Assembly (NCBI RefSeq): GCF_009914755.1
Contig: NC_060932.1
DNA from: the human T2T-CHM13v2.0 reference genome, Homo sapiens
DNA: 64,000 bases
Reading direction: 5' to 3' (one strand)
Shown here piece by piece: positions 53,060-64,000 of this stretch (position 1 is its first letter; each line of letters starts with the position of its first letter). The position numbers were made by a program, and so were the translations under genes. Under the pieces are notes generated by a model. It had not been told where the DNA came from and ran no database searches. It was given only the letters and a program-made list of their open reading frames with translations.

Positions 53060-53980
53060 TGAGTTCTCTGCTTGTTTTATAGCAAAACACCTGGAAAGAG
53101 ATGTCTGTACTCACAGTCTGCAAAATATCTCTCTCCACTCCATCTTGGATCTACAGCAGTAAGGCAGTATCCTCATCCTTCCACAACAAATTGTTTTTTA
53201 AGGTTATCAATTAGCTCTGTGCTGATACCTGCAGTGGTTAGTTCTGAGTCCTTATCTTACTTCACCTGTCAGTATCATTTTGTATGGATGGTTTCTCACT
53301 CCTTCCTCATTGCAATACTTTCTTTCTTTCTTTCTTTTTTTTTTTTTTGACTTAGCTTCCAGGACACCACATTCTTGAATTTCCCCTACTTCAATGGCTG
53401 CTCCTTTTCAATCATCTTTTTTGGGTTCTTTCTCTTTTCTTGACCCCTAAACATTAGACATTAAGCGCCCAGAGCTCAGTTTCTGAACTTCTTTTCTTCT
53501 TTAACTATACTTATATTCTTTTTGTGATTTCAGCTAGTTTCAGAGTTTTAAAAAGCATCTCGCCACTGACAACCTCCTCTAAACTCCAAATTTATATACT
53601 ACTAGACATCTCATTTGAATGCCTAAGAGACATCTTATTTTAACATGTCTAAAACCAGATCTTCCCCCAACAAACCTGCTCATCCTCCAGACCTCCCAAC
53701 TTAGTAAATGTGTTCTCAGTAAAAGTCCTTCTAGCTACACAGACCAAAAACCTTGGAGTCATACTTGGCACCTTCTCTCGGATCCCACATCTAATCCATC
53801 AGCAAATCTTGTTGACTCTGCCCTCAAAACATATCCAGAACTAACTGCTTCTCACAGTCTCCACTGTTTTTACCCTTATCTAAGCCACAGTTACTTGGGC
53901 TTGGATTCACGTAATAGAATTCTAACTGTTCCTATTTTTCTGCCTTCCTCTCCTACCTAGTCTATTCTCAACAGTGTACT
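53060..53980 (+). mobile_element. L2a-like LINE fragment (continues at about 54940-55180 and 55455-55650)
   Basis: 'cttagcttccaggacaccacattct', 'ccacatctaatccatcagcaaatcttgttgactctgccctcaaaacatatccagaa'; 3' end 'taaatatttggttaatgaat...gaatgaatgaatga'. Confidence 0.85.
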
Positions 53981-54079
53981 CAGTAACACAGATTAATAAT
54001 AATTATAATTAGTAATGTGATATTGGGCAGGCCACACTCTCCCTATGTCTCATTTTTCTCATTTGCAAAATAGGAATAC

Positions 54080-54250
54080 GGCTGGGTGCAGTGGCTCATG
54101 CCTGTAATCCCAGCACTTTGGGAGGCTGAGACAGGAGGATCACTTGAGCCTAGGAGTTCAAGCTGCAGTGAGCTATGATTGTACCACTGCACTCCAGCCT
54201 GGGTGACAGAGAGAGACCCTGTCTATGCCTGTCTCTAAAAAAAAAATAAA
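54080..54250 (+). mobile_element. Monomeric Alu (FRAM-like or recombined AluJ)
   Basis: Single arm 'ggctgggtgcagtggctcatg...ggagttcaagctgcagtgagctatgattg...' plus A-tail. Confidence 0.85.
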
Positions 54251-54254
54251 GGAA

Positions 54255-54859
54255 TGTGGGCAGAATTCTAAAATTGTGTCCCCAAAGTTACGTTTCCCTG
54301 GTTATTCAATCAAACATTAATCTAGGCAGTATTGTAAAGAGATTTTGCAGATGTAATTTATGTCCCAATGTAACCAATGTTATCTTAAGATGCAGATATT
54401 AACTGGATGGGCCTTACCCAATCAGGTAAGTTCTTTAAAAGCAGAAAGTTTTGTCCAGCTGATGGTAGAGGAATAATTCAGAGATTTGAAGTAAGGGGGC
54501 AATTCAATGGGCCATTGCTGGCTGTGAAGATAGAGGGACCATGTCCCAAGGAATGTGGGTGGCCTATAGGAGCTTAGCGTGGTCACAAATGGAAGCCAGC
54601 AAGGGCCTCAGCCTTCCAGTCACAAGAAACTGAACTCAGCCAACAACCTAAATCAACTTGGAAGCAAATGATTCCCCGTAGCCTCCAGAGAAGAGCGCAG
54701 TCTAGACCATACCTTGATTTTAGTCTTGTGAGACCCTAAGCAGAGTGCCTAGCTGAGCCTGGCTGGAATTCTGACCTACAGAACTGTGAAATAATAAAGG
54801 TTTGTTGTTTTAAGCCACTAACTTTGCGTAATTGTTCTGCAACAATAGAACACTATGCA
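54255..54859 (+). mobile_element. MLT1E-like MaLR LTR
   Basis: 'ggcagaattctaa...ggttattcaatcaaacattaatctagg' to 'tgacctacagaactgtgaaataataaa...aacaatagaacactatgca'. Confidence 0.85.
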
Positions 54860-56496
54860 AGAAATGAGACACTGGTTCTTTTCATGGTAATTAATTCATT
54901 TTCAAAGATAGGTCAGGGTTTTTTCTTCTTCTTCTTCTGTCATTCTTCTTATCTCATATTAAATAAAAGCCAAAGATGTTAAAGGCTTCTGTAGGATTTG
55001 ACTTGACCCTGCCCTGTCACCTGTTTGACTTAATTTACTGCTTTTCCTCATGTTCTCTCATCTCCAGCCACACTGGAACCCATGCCTCAGGACATTTGCA
55101 CTCACTGTTTCTGTGCCTGGAACACTTTTTCCTCAGATATTTTCTTGTCTCCTTTCTCAGCTATCTCAGATCTGTGCTCAGGAATCTGGGGCTTGATATT
55201 TCATTAGCTCATTCATTGTGGAAAATCTTCAGTCATGACCTCTTCAAATACTGACTTTAACTGAGTGTTTACCTCATCTTTCCCTGGGACTTTAATTACT
55301 GTTAAATCTTTGTTGATGTTGTTGTTAGATCTTTTGATCATGTGCCAACTGTATGTTATGTTTTCTCTGTGCTTTCTGTCCTTTTGTTTCTCCATGATAT
55401 AATCTGAGTATGTTCTACTGACCTGTCTTCCAGTTCACTAGTCCTTTCTCCCCTACTATATATGCTTATTATTTATGTGTTTATTTTCTGTTTCTTCCAC
55501 AAAAATATAAGCTCTAAGAAAGCAGGAACTTGTATATATTTTTTCTTCCATGACTGTATTCCCAGCCTCTAGAGCAGTGCTTACCATAGAGGGTCCTTGA
55601 TAAATATTTGGTTAATGAATAAAAAAGTGAATGAATGAATGAGTGAATAGTATTCTGAGTTACTTAAGAAGTAAATTTGGTTTAGATTTATTTAGTTTTT
55701 ATTTGGTGGTAGAGGTAAAAGAGAAAATGTGGTGAATTGAAATGCTCTTATTATCTGATAAAAGAAAAGATACCAATTACTCAAGAAATACAATCTTATT
55801 TCGTGGAATGACATTCTTAGGAGAATTTATTACTTGATACTATACATAAGATCCATTTAGTGACTTAGACAATATATTAAATGATACTTTCATAGTAGAT
55901 GTACAAGTGATTTTATATGATTTTCTTGGTGCAATTCTTAATACAGATTGAGAAAATCTAATTTAAGCTAGGAGGTAAGGACTGAAAAAACCCAAGGTAA
56001 CTAGAATGGTGATATTTGTATTTCTACAGGTAATTCCTAGAAATTTAACAATTGAATCCAGTAACATTAGCAACAGAAACAACCCCCAGAATTAGCAGGA
56101 TGACAAAACGCAGGCTAGTGATCTCTCTGAGCCTCAGTTTTCTTTTTTGTTAAAGGGGAAAAATGGGATCTTTACTCCTTCCAAACTGCTGTGGATATCA
56201 AAGATAAAATTTAAAAATCCTGGGTAATAAACAGCTGAATAGATTTTTTACCATTTACAAAATGTTTTTATGTGCATTTTCATCAACCCTCACAATAGTT
56301 TTATAATGCGAGTGTTATTATCACTCCATTTTCCAGATGAGGAAATCAATTCTGAAAGGTGCCAGCAAGGCCAGCAAGCTGAGCTCAATACACACAACTT
56401 AGCCTTCTGCCTCTTGATTCAGTCCCTGCAAAGGAAGAATTCTCAAGTGGTAGAAACTCAGACATCAGGGCAGATGGGTCTGTAAGTTTCTGGAGG

Positions 56497-56656
56497 TCTT
56501 TCTTTCTCTTTCTCTCTCTTTCTTTTTCTTTCTTTCTTTCTCTTTCTTTCTTTCTTTCTCTTTCTTTCTCTCCTTCCTTCCTTTCCTCCCTCCCTCCCTC
56601 CTTCCTTCCTTTCTTGCTCTCTCTCTCTTCATTCCTCTTCATTCCTTCCTTCTTCT

Positions 56657-56687
<31 letters not shown>
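56497..56687 (+). repeat. Near-pure polypyrimidine tract: (TTTC)n, (TTCC)n and poly-T
   Basis: About 190 nt with only a few purines. Confidence 0.95.
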
Positions 56688-56689
<2 letters not shown>

Positions 56690-56785
56690 TCTTGGTAAGT
56701 TGCTGAGGTTGGCCTCAAGCTCAAGTGATCCTCCCACCTCAGTCCCAAGGCGCCAGGACTCCAGGCATGAGCAACTACGCCTGGC
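56688..56785 (-). mobile_element. Degenerate Alu left monomer (FLAM-like)
   Basis: 'gctcaagtgatcctcccacctcag...caggcatgagcaactacgcctggc'. Confidence 0.8.
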
Positions 56786-57559
56786 TTTGGTGAACTCCTA
56801 ATGCTCCTGTCGTCACTTCACATGGACCTAGCTCATCTACTGTTGCAGATGTGGAAGTAGATAAAAATCTCAAGAACTGGTTCCCCCTCAATACCAACCC
56901 CAAGGTCTTGGGACCAGATAAACTCCACCTAGTTATGAGACCTCTATACAAACCCCTATTTTTTCCTTAGGTAAAAGAAAAAGACATTTCATTTTTTTCC
57001 TCAAGAATCAATATTTGATTTTTATTTGGAGCTGAGTGTAAAGCCCCTCCTAATGTCTGACTCAATAAATTGACTTCATCCTTCGAACTTTGCCTCAGGC
57101 TACCAGAGTATGAGAAATGCCTTCACAAATATGAAAGATATAGCAAGGGTATCTTTTAAAATGTTAAAACTAAAATAGCCAGGACTCCAGGGGAACAGCC
57201 CTCCTTGCCCTCCCAGCCTCCTTGCTGGAGGTTGCGTTGCTACCTAGGTCTCATAAAGTCCTCGTTTCCCTGGAGGGAGAAGTGAGGGTATGTATGCCTG
57301 GAGCCTTCCAGGAGGCTTTTGAGTCCAGGACCTGGGATGGCACATCATCAGGGTTTTCTGCAGCACTCAGGACCACAGGCAGTGGCATTTTATCTCAACT
57401 TCGAAGATCTAAAAAACTGGGAGCAGATGAAGCATTTGTTTCATGATCTAACAGATTGGTCACTACCTCAGACGGCCGATTCTTTAGGAAAAAATATGCC
57501 AAGAAAATGCAATTACATGGATCTGATGCTAAAAGCCTCACAAAATACAATAATGATGC

Positions 57560-57810
57560 CATCATTTATTTTTCATCTTTCTTTGTGCCAAATACCATAT
57601 GTGCACTTTATATCTTTTATTTCACTTATGTCTCAGTTTCTGTGTGATATGCAGTATCATTCTCTGTTTGCAAAGGAGGAACAAGCCTTTGAGAGGGGAA
57701 GTAGCTTGCCCTAAAGTCATGTGATAGGCAGGTGGTAGAGTTGGGATTTAAATCCGCATTCTGTCTGATACCCAAAGTGGTACTCTTTCCCTTTGCCATT
57801 ATTATTATTA
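57560..57810 (-). mobile_element. MIR SINE
   Basis: 'gcttgccctaaagtcatgtg...ggtagagttgggatttaaatcc...tgtctgatacccaaag'. Confidence 0.75.
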
Positions 57811-57848
57811 TTAGTGGTAGTGGTAGTCATTTTTAGCATCTTATCATA

Positions 57849-58343
57849 TGTGGTGGGCAGCTTCTAAGATGGCCCCAGTGATATCTGCCTCATGGCATTC
57901 ATGTTCTTCTGTTGGGTGTGGGCTGCAGTTAGTGACTGTGCTCTGACAAATGAGATTCTGTAAAATGATGGGATGTCTCTTCTGAGATTATGTTACAAAG
58001 AGACTGTAGCTTCTGTCAGGGTTACTTGCTTCCTTCCTGCATCCCCTCTATAATCTTTGTTCTGGGAGAAGCAAGATGCCCATTGGAGAAGCCCATGTGA
58101 AAATAATGGATGCTTCACAAAGCCAGTGAGGAACTGACCTGCCAACAGCCACGTGAGAGCCTGGAGAGTCAGCCCAGTCTTGAGATGACTGTAGCCACAG
58201 CTCACACCTCGAGTCCATTGTTGTGAAAGGCCCTGGGCCAGAATCACCTAGCTAAGCATCACTCAGATTTTTGGCCCGCAGAAACTGGGAGATAATAAAC
58301 GTATGCTGTTTTCAGTCACTAAGCTTTGGGATAATTTGTTATA
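57849..58343 (+). mobile_element. MLT1F-like MaLR LTR
   Basis: 'tgtggtgggcagcttctaagatggcccc' to 'ggataatttgttatacagtaacagatagcta'. Confidence 0.85.
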
Positions 58344-58659
58344 CAGTAACAGATAGCTACAGCATCTGTAAAATACTCCTTATACTAATACTATAACAAT
58401 TTCTGTTACTTTTTAATATTTCACAAGGTAAAGAGTACATTCTAAGTGCTTTACATGTAGTAAGTCATATTATCCTTTTGACAACACTGTTCAATATCTA
58501 CATTTTATAGATGAGGAGCAGAAACAGAGAAGTCAGGGAGCTGGGTCTAGAGTCTCTTACAGCTGAGCCCTATCTCTGAAAGTGAGGCCTTATATTGGGT
58601 CATCTGCCTTTAAAAGGACACAATGAGAGGAATCCACTGTGTACTGAAAGTGACTAGGC

Positions 58660-59056
58660 CATAACATGGCTGTGCTGGATTCTAGGCACTGGGCTCCAGG
58701 CTTCAGGCTGCAGGTGTGTTCAGGTCTTCTCCATATGTCTCTCATCCTCCTAGGACCAGTAGATACCTAGGGAAGATGATTTTCTTTATGTGTCCCACTC
58801 TGGGGCCATGCTGAGTCAGTGGTGGCTATCTGGGCCATGCTCTTCCAAAGTGGGAATTTGAAGTTCCCTGAAGCACAAAAGGAAACCCACTAGGAGGTCC
58901 TGTAACATCTCATCTTGGGACTGGCACACTACCATGTCTGCCTGCATTGCGGTTACTATGTAGACCAGCCGTGCATCAATGGGGCAGGAACTACTCTCTT
59001 TCCATGAAGGCAGGTGGGAGAAGGGAGCTGCCGGACAATAATCTGAGCTTGCACAC
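58660..59056 (-). mobile_element. Old MLT1 (I/J/K-like) LTR fragment
   Basis: 'ctgggctccaggcttcagg...ttcaggtcttctccatatgtctctcatcctcctaggaccag'. Confidence 0.55.
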
Positions 59057-59694
59057 CCTGTTCTGCAGTTGAGGGAGCACAGAGTTCAGGGGTGGTACAA
59101 CCAGTAATTAAGTGCTGTTCTCTGTGGCTTCAAATCCTATGTTTTTTCTCAAAGAAAACCTTCCTCAGTTCTAATATTGTAGGGTTCTTTGGTTCTCTAT
59201 GCAAGGAAAATAGATTAGAGCTAGCAACAAGGGGCTCTGAGAAAAGTCAGTAAAGTCTGAATTAGTTAGAAAAGGAACTTCACCTGGGAACAATCAAGGA
59301 GCAATTTGATTTGAGTAAATGGAAGAGCAAGGAGGCTGAGCCAATAGTGGACAAGGGAAGTGAGAGGTGCTCAGGCCACCAGGGAAAGAAGACCTAGATA
59401 GAGAATGTGGCATCACCCTGGCAGAGGGGAGTGGAATGAGCTGCCTGGGAAGAAGAGTTAGCTGGCGCAGAGGCAGACATCTCCTGGGTTATTCTGGGGC
59501 TGCATGGCAGATGGGAAATGTGAGCACGGCATGGTGGGAAGCTCTGCAAGGGAGGTAATAACTCACCTGAATGATTAAACCACACGTTCCATTATCTCCC
59601 TCCCCAACTTCTGTAATCTAGGAAGCCAGAGAGAAGAGTCTTGGAGGAATTATTCAAAAGAAAGATGACTTTGTTGAGTTTGATGGCCGTGTTT

Positions 59695-60200
59695 GCTGAA
59701 TTCATTTATTCTTTCACTCATGAAACATTTATTCTTTCAACATGCAGTTTTGAATCTCTGTTATGTACTAGGTAATTGCATAACATGCTGAGAGAATATA
59801 AAACCAATGAATAGGACGTGGGTCTTTCTCCCAGGGAACCCACAGTCAAGTAGGGGAAATACATGTAAACAAGCAGTAAAATATACAGCAGTAAGTCCTA
59901 TAATAGAGGTGAGTACAAAGCACTGTGGGAGAAGCTAAGAGCCTTGAGGAATTATTGAAGAACTAGAGGAAGTGATAGAGGGTGCCTGAAAGATGGGAAA
60001 GACCATTCCCAAGAGAGACAGGGCAAAGAAAGGAGCACTGTAGACAGAGCTGTGTGTGCAAGGGTGTGCAGGCATGAAATGTCACTGCAAATTCTGCCAA
60101 TAGTAAGTTCAGCATTATGGGAATGTGGGATCCTGACGGGGACAGAGGGGTGAACTAGTGACTGGTAGGAATACACCAAAAGCAGGTAGGTAGGACAGTC
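59695..60200 (-). mobile_element. L2 3' fragment
   Basis: 'ttcatttattctttcactca...cccacagtcaagtaggggaaatacatgtaaacaa'. Confidence 0.75.
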
Positions 60201-61499
60201 TATAGCATAATGTGACTTCCTACCCACTACCTCACAACTCCTGCACTCAATGTTCTTTTCTTTTTCTTTTGTCTGCTTGAGGTTTTTTGTTTTTTGTTTT
60301 TTTTTTGTTTTGTTTTTTGTTTTTTTGCTATGATCGAGTGCATGGATTTTTGATGCATATTACTGCTGCTGATCATCTTTAATCTAATATTCCTTTCTAC
60401 ACCTTAAGGCTATTAGGAAACCCACCAAAGACCTCACTCTGTTGGGTTAAATAAAGCCAATTTCTTTCACTTTTTCTTGGGGCTTTGGTTTTATTAGAAA
60501 AGGTAATAAAAAATATAGTTTTTAAAAAATGCAAATGTCCTCTCCCGTGGACCTTATGACCCTTTGGACTTTGAGGTTTTATTCTTATCTCCAATATGCA
60601 AGACATGCCTGAGGAGGTGTCAGGAGACTTCACTGAATGAATCAGGGAAAGGGAAAGACATCTTCCAGTCTCTGTGCAAGGTGCTTGGAATGTGGGATTT
60701 TCTGTAATCCTCCTAGGGTCAAAAAAGGTAGGTATTTCTTTTCCCAATTTGCAGGTAAGGATGCCCAGGCCCAGAGAGGTTTATGTGATTTTTCACAAGG
60801 TTACATGCCTAGGAATAGGCAAAGCTGGGGGTCTAGACCCATGCCTGTATGAATTCAGAGCTCAAGTTCTCCTCATTAAATTCTGCTGATGTCCCCTCAT
60901 TTGTCCAACAAAAGCTTATACACTTTCAAGTAACTTGCTACTACCAAAGCTCACCAGACCTGGATCAGAAAAATTGCTCAACAGCAACAATCACAACGAA
61001 AACAACAACAATAAAAAACCCATAGCCACTGTTACGTATCATATCTTACTTTTACAAAGAGCCACGCCAAATCACTATTATTTTGTGTCCTGCGAACCAT
61101 GTGCAATGATAGCAGAGCTATGATTAGTATCTTCCTTGTGTAGAGGAGAAAGCCATTGGAATATCAGGAAAATGGAATTTATCTTTGGTGTTTTTTGAAG
61201 TAGTTTGATAATTTGGGGGTCACAGGATTTGAAAACATAGCCTCTATAAAGCCTTGTGAACAATGAAGACCAGAAGTTTAGGGGTCAGGGAAACTTAAGA
61301 GCTGTGTGACCTTGGATAAGCCACAAACATCTTTGATCCTGAAATTCCACATCTTGTAGGGTGAGTATAAAAATAATTAATACCTTGTGTTAGGCCACAT
61401 TAAACAAATTGACTTGTAAGACTGTCAAAATACAGCAACCTTTGGACCAGGGAGGGAACAAAAACCCTGAGGCTTTCTGTCAATAGATTAAACATAGGC

Positions 61500-62610
61500 A
61501 TCTACCTCCTCTCTTTACTCAAACCCTTAACGGGAAATTAAAGAAGTAGAAAAATGCATGAATCCACAAAAAGGAAAAAACAAGAGGTGTAACATAAGGT
61601 GAGAGGTGACAACAAATGTCTGAACATTTAAAAATTGACGAACGAGTTAACAAAATAAAGTAAGTCAAGTATAAGAGCCTGGCAATAAAGGATAGTTGCA
61701 TTGCCCCCACCGAAACTCAGGCATGCTCCAGGGTTGAAGGAATGAGGTGCAGAGAAAGGTGAGACTGCAAATGGAGGACTCGTAACTCTGTAGGAGAAGC
61801 AGCAAGCTTTTCCTCAGATGCCATCCCCTACCCCACACAATCAGGTAACTATTTTCCCCTCCCCTAGAAAAAGGTTTATTCTGCAGAAGTGGCTGTAGAT
61901 GCTGGACACCAGGAAATGCAGAGAACGGAATGAAAGAGCCAAACTCTCCCATCTCCTTTATTGTTGGACACTAAGAAGGTAGAAGAGACTGAATAACCCC
62001 AAAGAAAATGCTTGTAGATCCTGGCATATTTCATTCCCCCAACAAACTGCTAAAACTCCATCCAACCATCCTACAATGACTGAAACACAGCTGTTAACAT
62101 GCCCCACACATACCCACAGAAACTTGACAGCATTTTAGTGCCTTCCTCTTAAATATAAACAGACAAGATAGAATTCTCATGCATTTGAAGAAAACCTTCA
62201 ATAAGATAGACCAAAAATGAGGGGGGAAAACCAACTCAGAGAAAGGGGAAATGATACAAGAAGCAGAAGAAAACTTCAAAATAACTATAATTAATTTCCC
62301 CAAAGAGCAAAAAAAGATAGTACATTAATGAAACAAGAATAGAAAGCTACACATTTTTAAAAATCCAAAAGCAAGGAAAAGGAATTTTAAATTAAAAATG
62401 TTACTGTGGAAATATGTTATTCAAAGGAAGAGCTGGAAGAGTAAGTGGAAATTTAGAAAGTTCAACAGAAATGGAGTAGAGATGGAAAAATGGAAGAAGA
62501 AACATGAGTAAATTGGAGAATCAGTGCAGGGAGCCCAACATCTGATTTAGAGTCATAAAGAGAGGAAATAAAAATGTTTTTAAAAGATGTGAAGATTTCT
62601 GCTTCCAGGA
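61500..62610 (+). mobile_element. Ancient L1M 5'/ORF1-region fragment (L1ME/HAL1-like)
   Basis: A-rich 'gaagcagaagaaaacttcaaaataactataattaat', 'aattggagaatcagtgcagggagcccaacatctga'. Confidence 0.55.
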
Positions 62611-64000
62611 AGATGGAGTAGATAAGCTTTTTCCCATTACTCCCAGTGACAACTAAAAACTCTAGACATTGTATGTAAAACAAACATGAGAAGAATCTGC
62701 AAGGCAGAGAGAAAAGGACAGATAAGCTAGGCTAATTGTTGGGACTCAGGACCCAAGCAAAGACACTGTGGTCAGTTCTCGAGTTTTTTTCTGCCTCATA
62801 AACCCCATACTTAGAGTTGGAAAGGCTGGTAATCCAGAAATGACAGTAGGCACAGACACACAAAAAAAATCCCAACAAAATCTTCTCTCTGTAGCCAAAG
62901 GATCAGAAAGAGTCAGCCTAGAAAGACAGAAAGCCTTTAGCCAATAGATACTTCACCCCAGCTAAACACCGCAGAAAAAACTATGGCCCTGCCACACCAC
63001 TGATGCCGAAAAAGATTAAATTGGGAGCCTGGGCTTCCACTCTCATGGGGCTATAGTGGGACACCCCAACATTCCAGCTAGATGGTATCAGAGAATGCCA
63101 AGTAAGGAGCCTGGACTTTCATTCCTGCTAGCTGGAAATTCACCCCTTCCTGCCCCCCATGATGTCAGTGGAGACCAGGTGGGGAGGCTAGATTCCCTGA
63201 CCTAGCCAGCTGTAATGAGACCTTCCTCTCTTTTCCTGCTGGGATGGTGCCAGAGGAAACCTATGGGAAGTTAAGACTTTCATCATTGCCCAGCAACAAT
63301 GAAGCAACCCCCATTAGGGTGTTGGTTGAGATCACATGGTGCTCTGGAACCCCATGCCCATCCAGCAGTAGCAGAGAGCCCTCAACTTGGGTGTCAATGA
63401 GGGTGAATCAGGAATCTGGACTTTAAATTCCAGCTGGCAGTAATGGGGTGGCGGTTCCCTCCTTCCCCTGCTGGAGCAGTGCTCAAAAAAGCCAGCTAAG
63501 ACAGAAGGTTTAAATAAGATCCAAAGTCTCATAAGTGAAAATGTCCAGGGTTCAATAAAAAATCAGTCATCATAACGAGAACCAGAAAAATCTCAAACAG
63601 AATGAAAATAGAAAATATATGCTAGCAACGTGATGATGAGATGACGGAGATGTTTAATTATCTGACAAAGATTTTAAAGGAGCCATGATAAAATATGCCA
63701 CAATAAACAATTAGAAGGACTCCTGAAATGACTGAAAAGACAGAACTCCTCAGCAAACAAACAAAAATGTTTCAGCAAATATATAGAAGATATAAGAAGA
63801 ACCAAATGGAAATTTGGAAATTTTAGAGCTTAAAAGATATAATCAAGATAAAAAGCTCAGTGGACTGTCTCAACAGCAGAAAAAAAGGGACAGAGAAAAG
63901 ACTCAGTGACTTGGAAGATGGAATAATGGAAATTACCTAATCTGAACAACAGAGATAAAATAGACTGATAAAAAAAGAAACAGAGTCTCAGGGACCTATA
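62595..64000 (+). mobile_element. L1M 5'UTR plus start of decayed ORF1, running off the window end
   Basis: Start 'ttctgcttccaggaagatggagtaga'; ORF1-like 'tatctgacaaagattttaaa', 'gaagaaccaaatggaaatt', 'cagagtctcagggaccta'. Confidence 0.8.

Noticed and set aside
55670-55960. AT-rich stretch as a processed pseudogene or NUMT
   Set aside because: No recognisable protein, poly-A/TSD or mitochondrial similarity by eye; BLAST would be needed

Overview
This is primate (human-like) non-coding genomic DNA, either intergenic or inside a long intron. Most of it is interspersed repeat: Alus, MIRs, L2, old L1M/L1P fragments, MaLR LTRs (THE1/MST/MLT1), ERV1/ERVL LTRs and DNA-transposon fossils. I find no credible protein-coding gene, RNA gene or CRISPR array. 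The supplied ORFs are short frames in repeats, low-complexity DNA or unrecognised sequence. I cannot identify the locus. The most notable structures are: (i) two heavily deleted two-LTR ERVL proviral relics in opposite orientations, with RNase H/integrase remnants and younger nested insertions; (ii) a 105-bp, ~94%-identical local duplication that appears to span an LTR/L2 junction; (iii) a 23-bp-stem quasi-palindrome inside a MIR; (iv) several plus-strand splice-site pairs that could belong to an LTR-initiated lncRNA or to cryptic exons; and (v) G4/H-DNA-prone simple repeats and repeat-poor candidate enhancers. Repeat subfamily names are from memory of consensus sequences and need RepeatMasker/Dfam confirmation. 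Boundaries of old elements are approximate. The sequence alone does not demonstrate a novel biological system.
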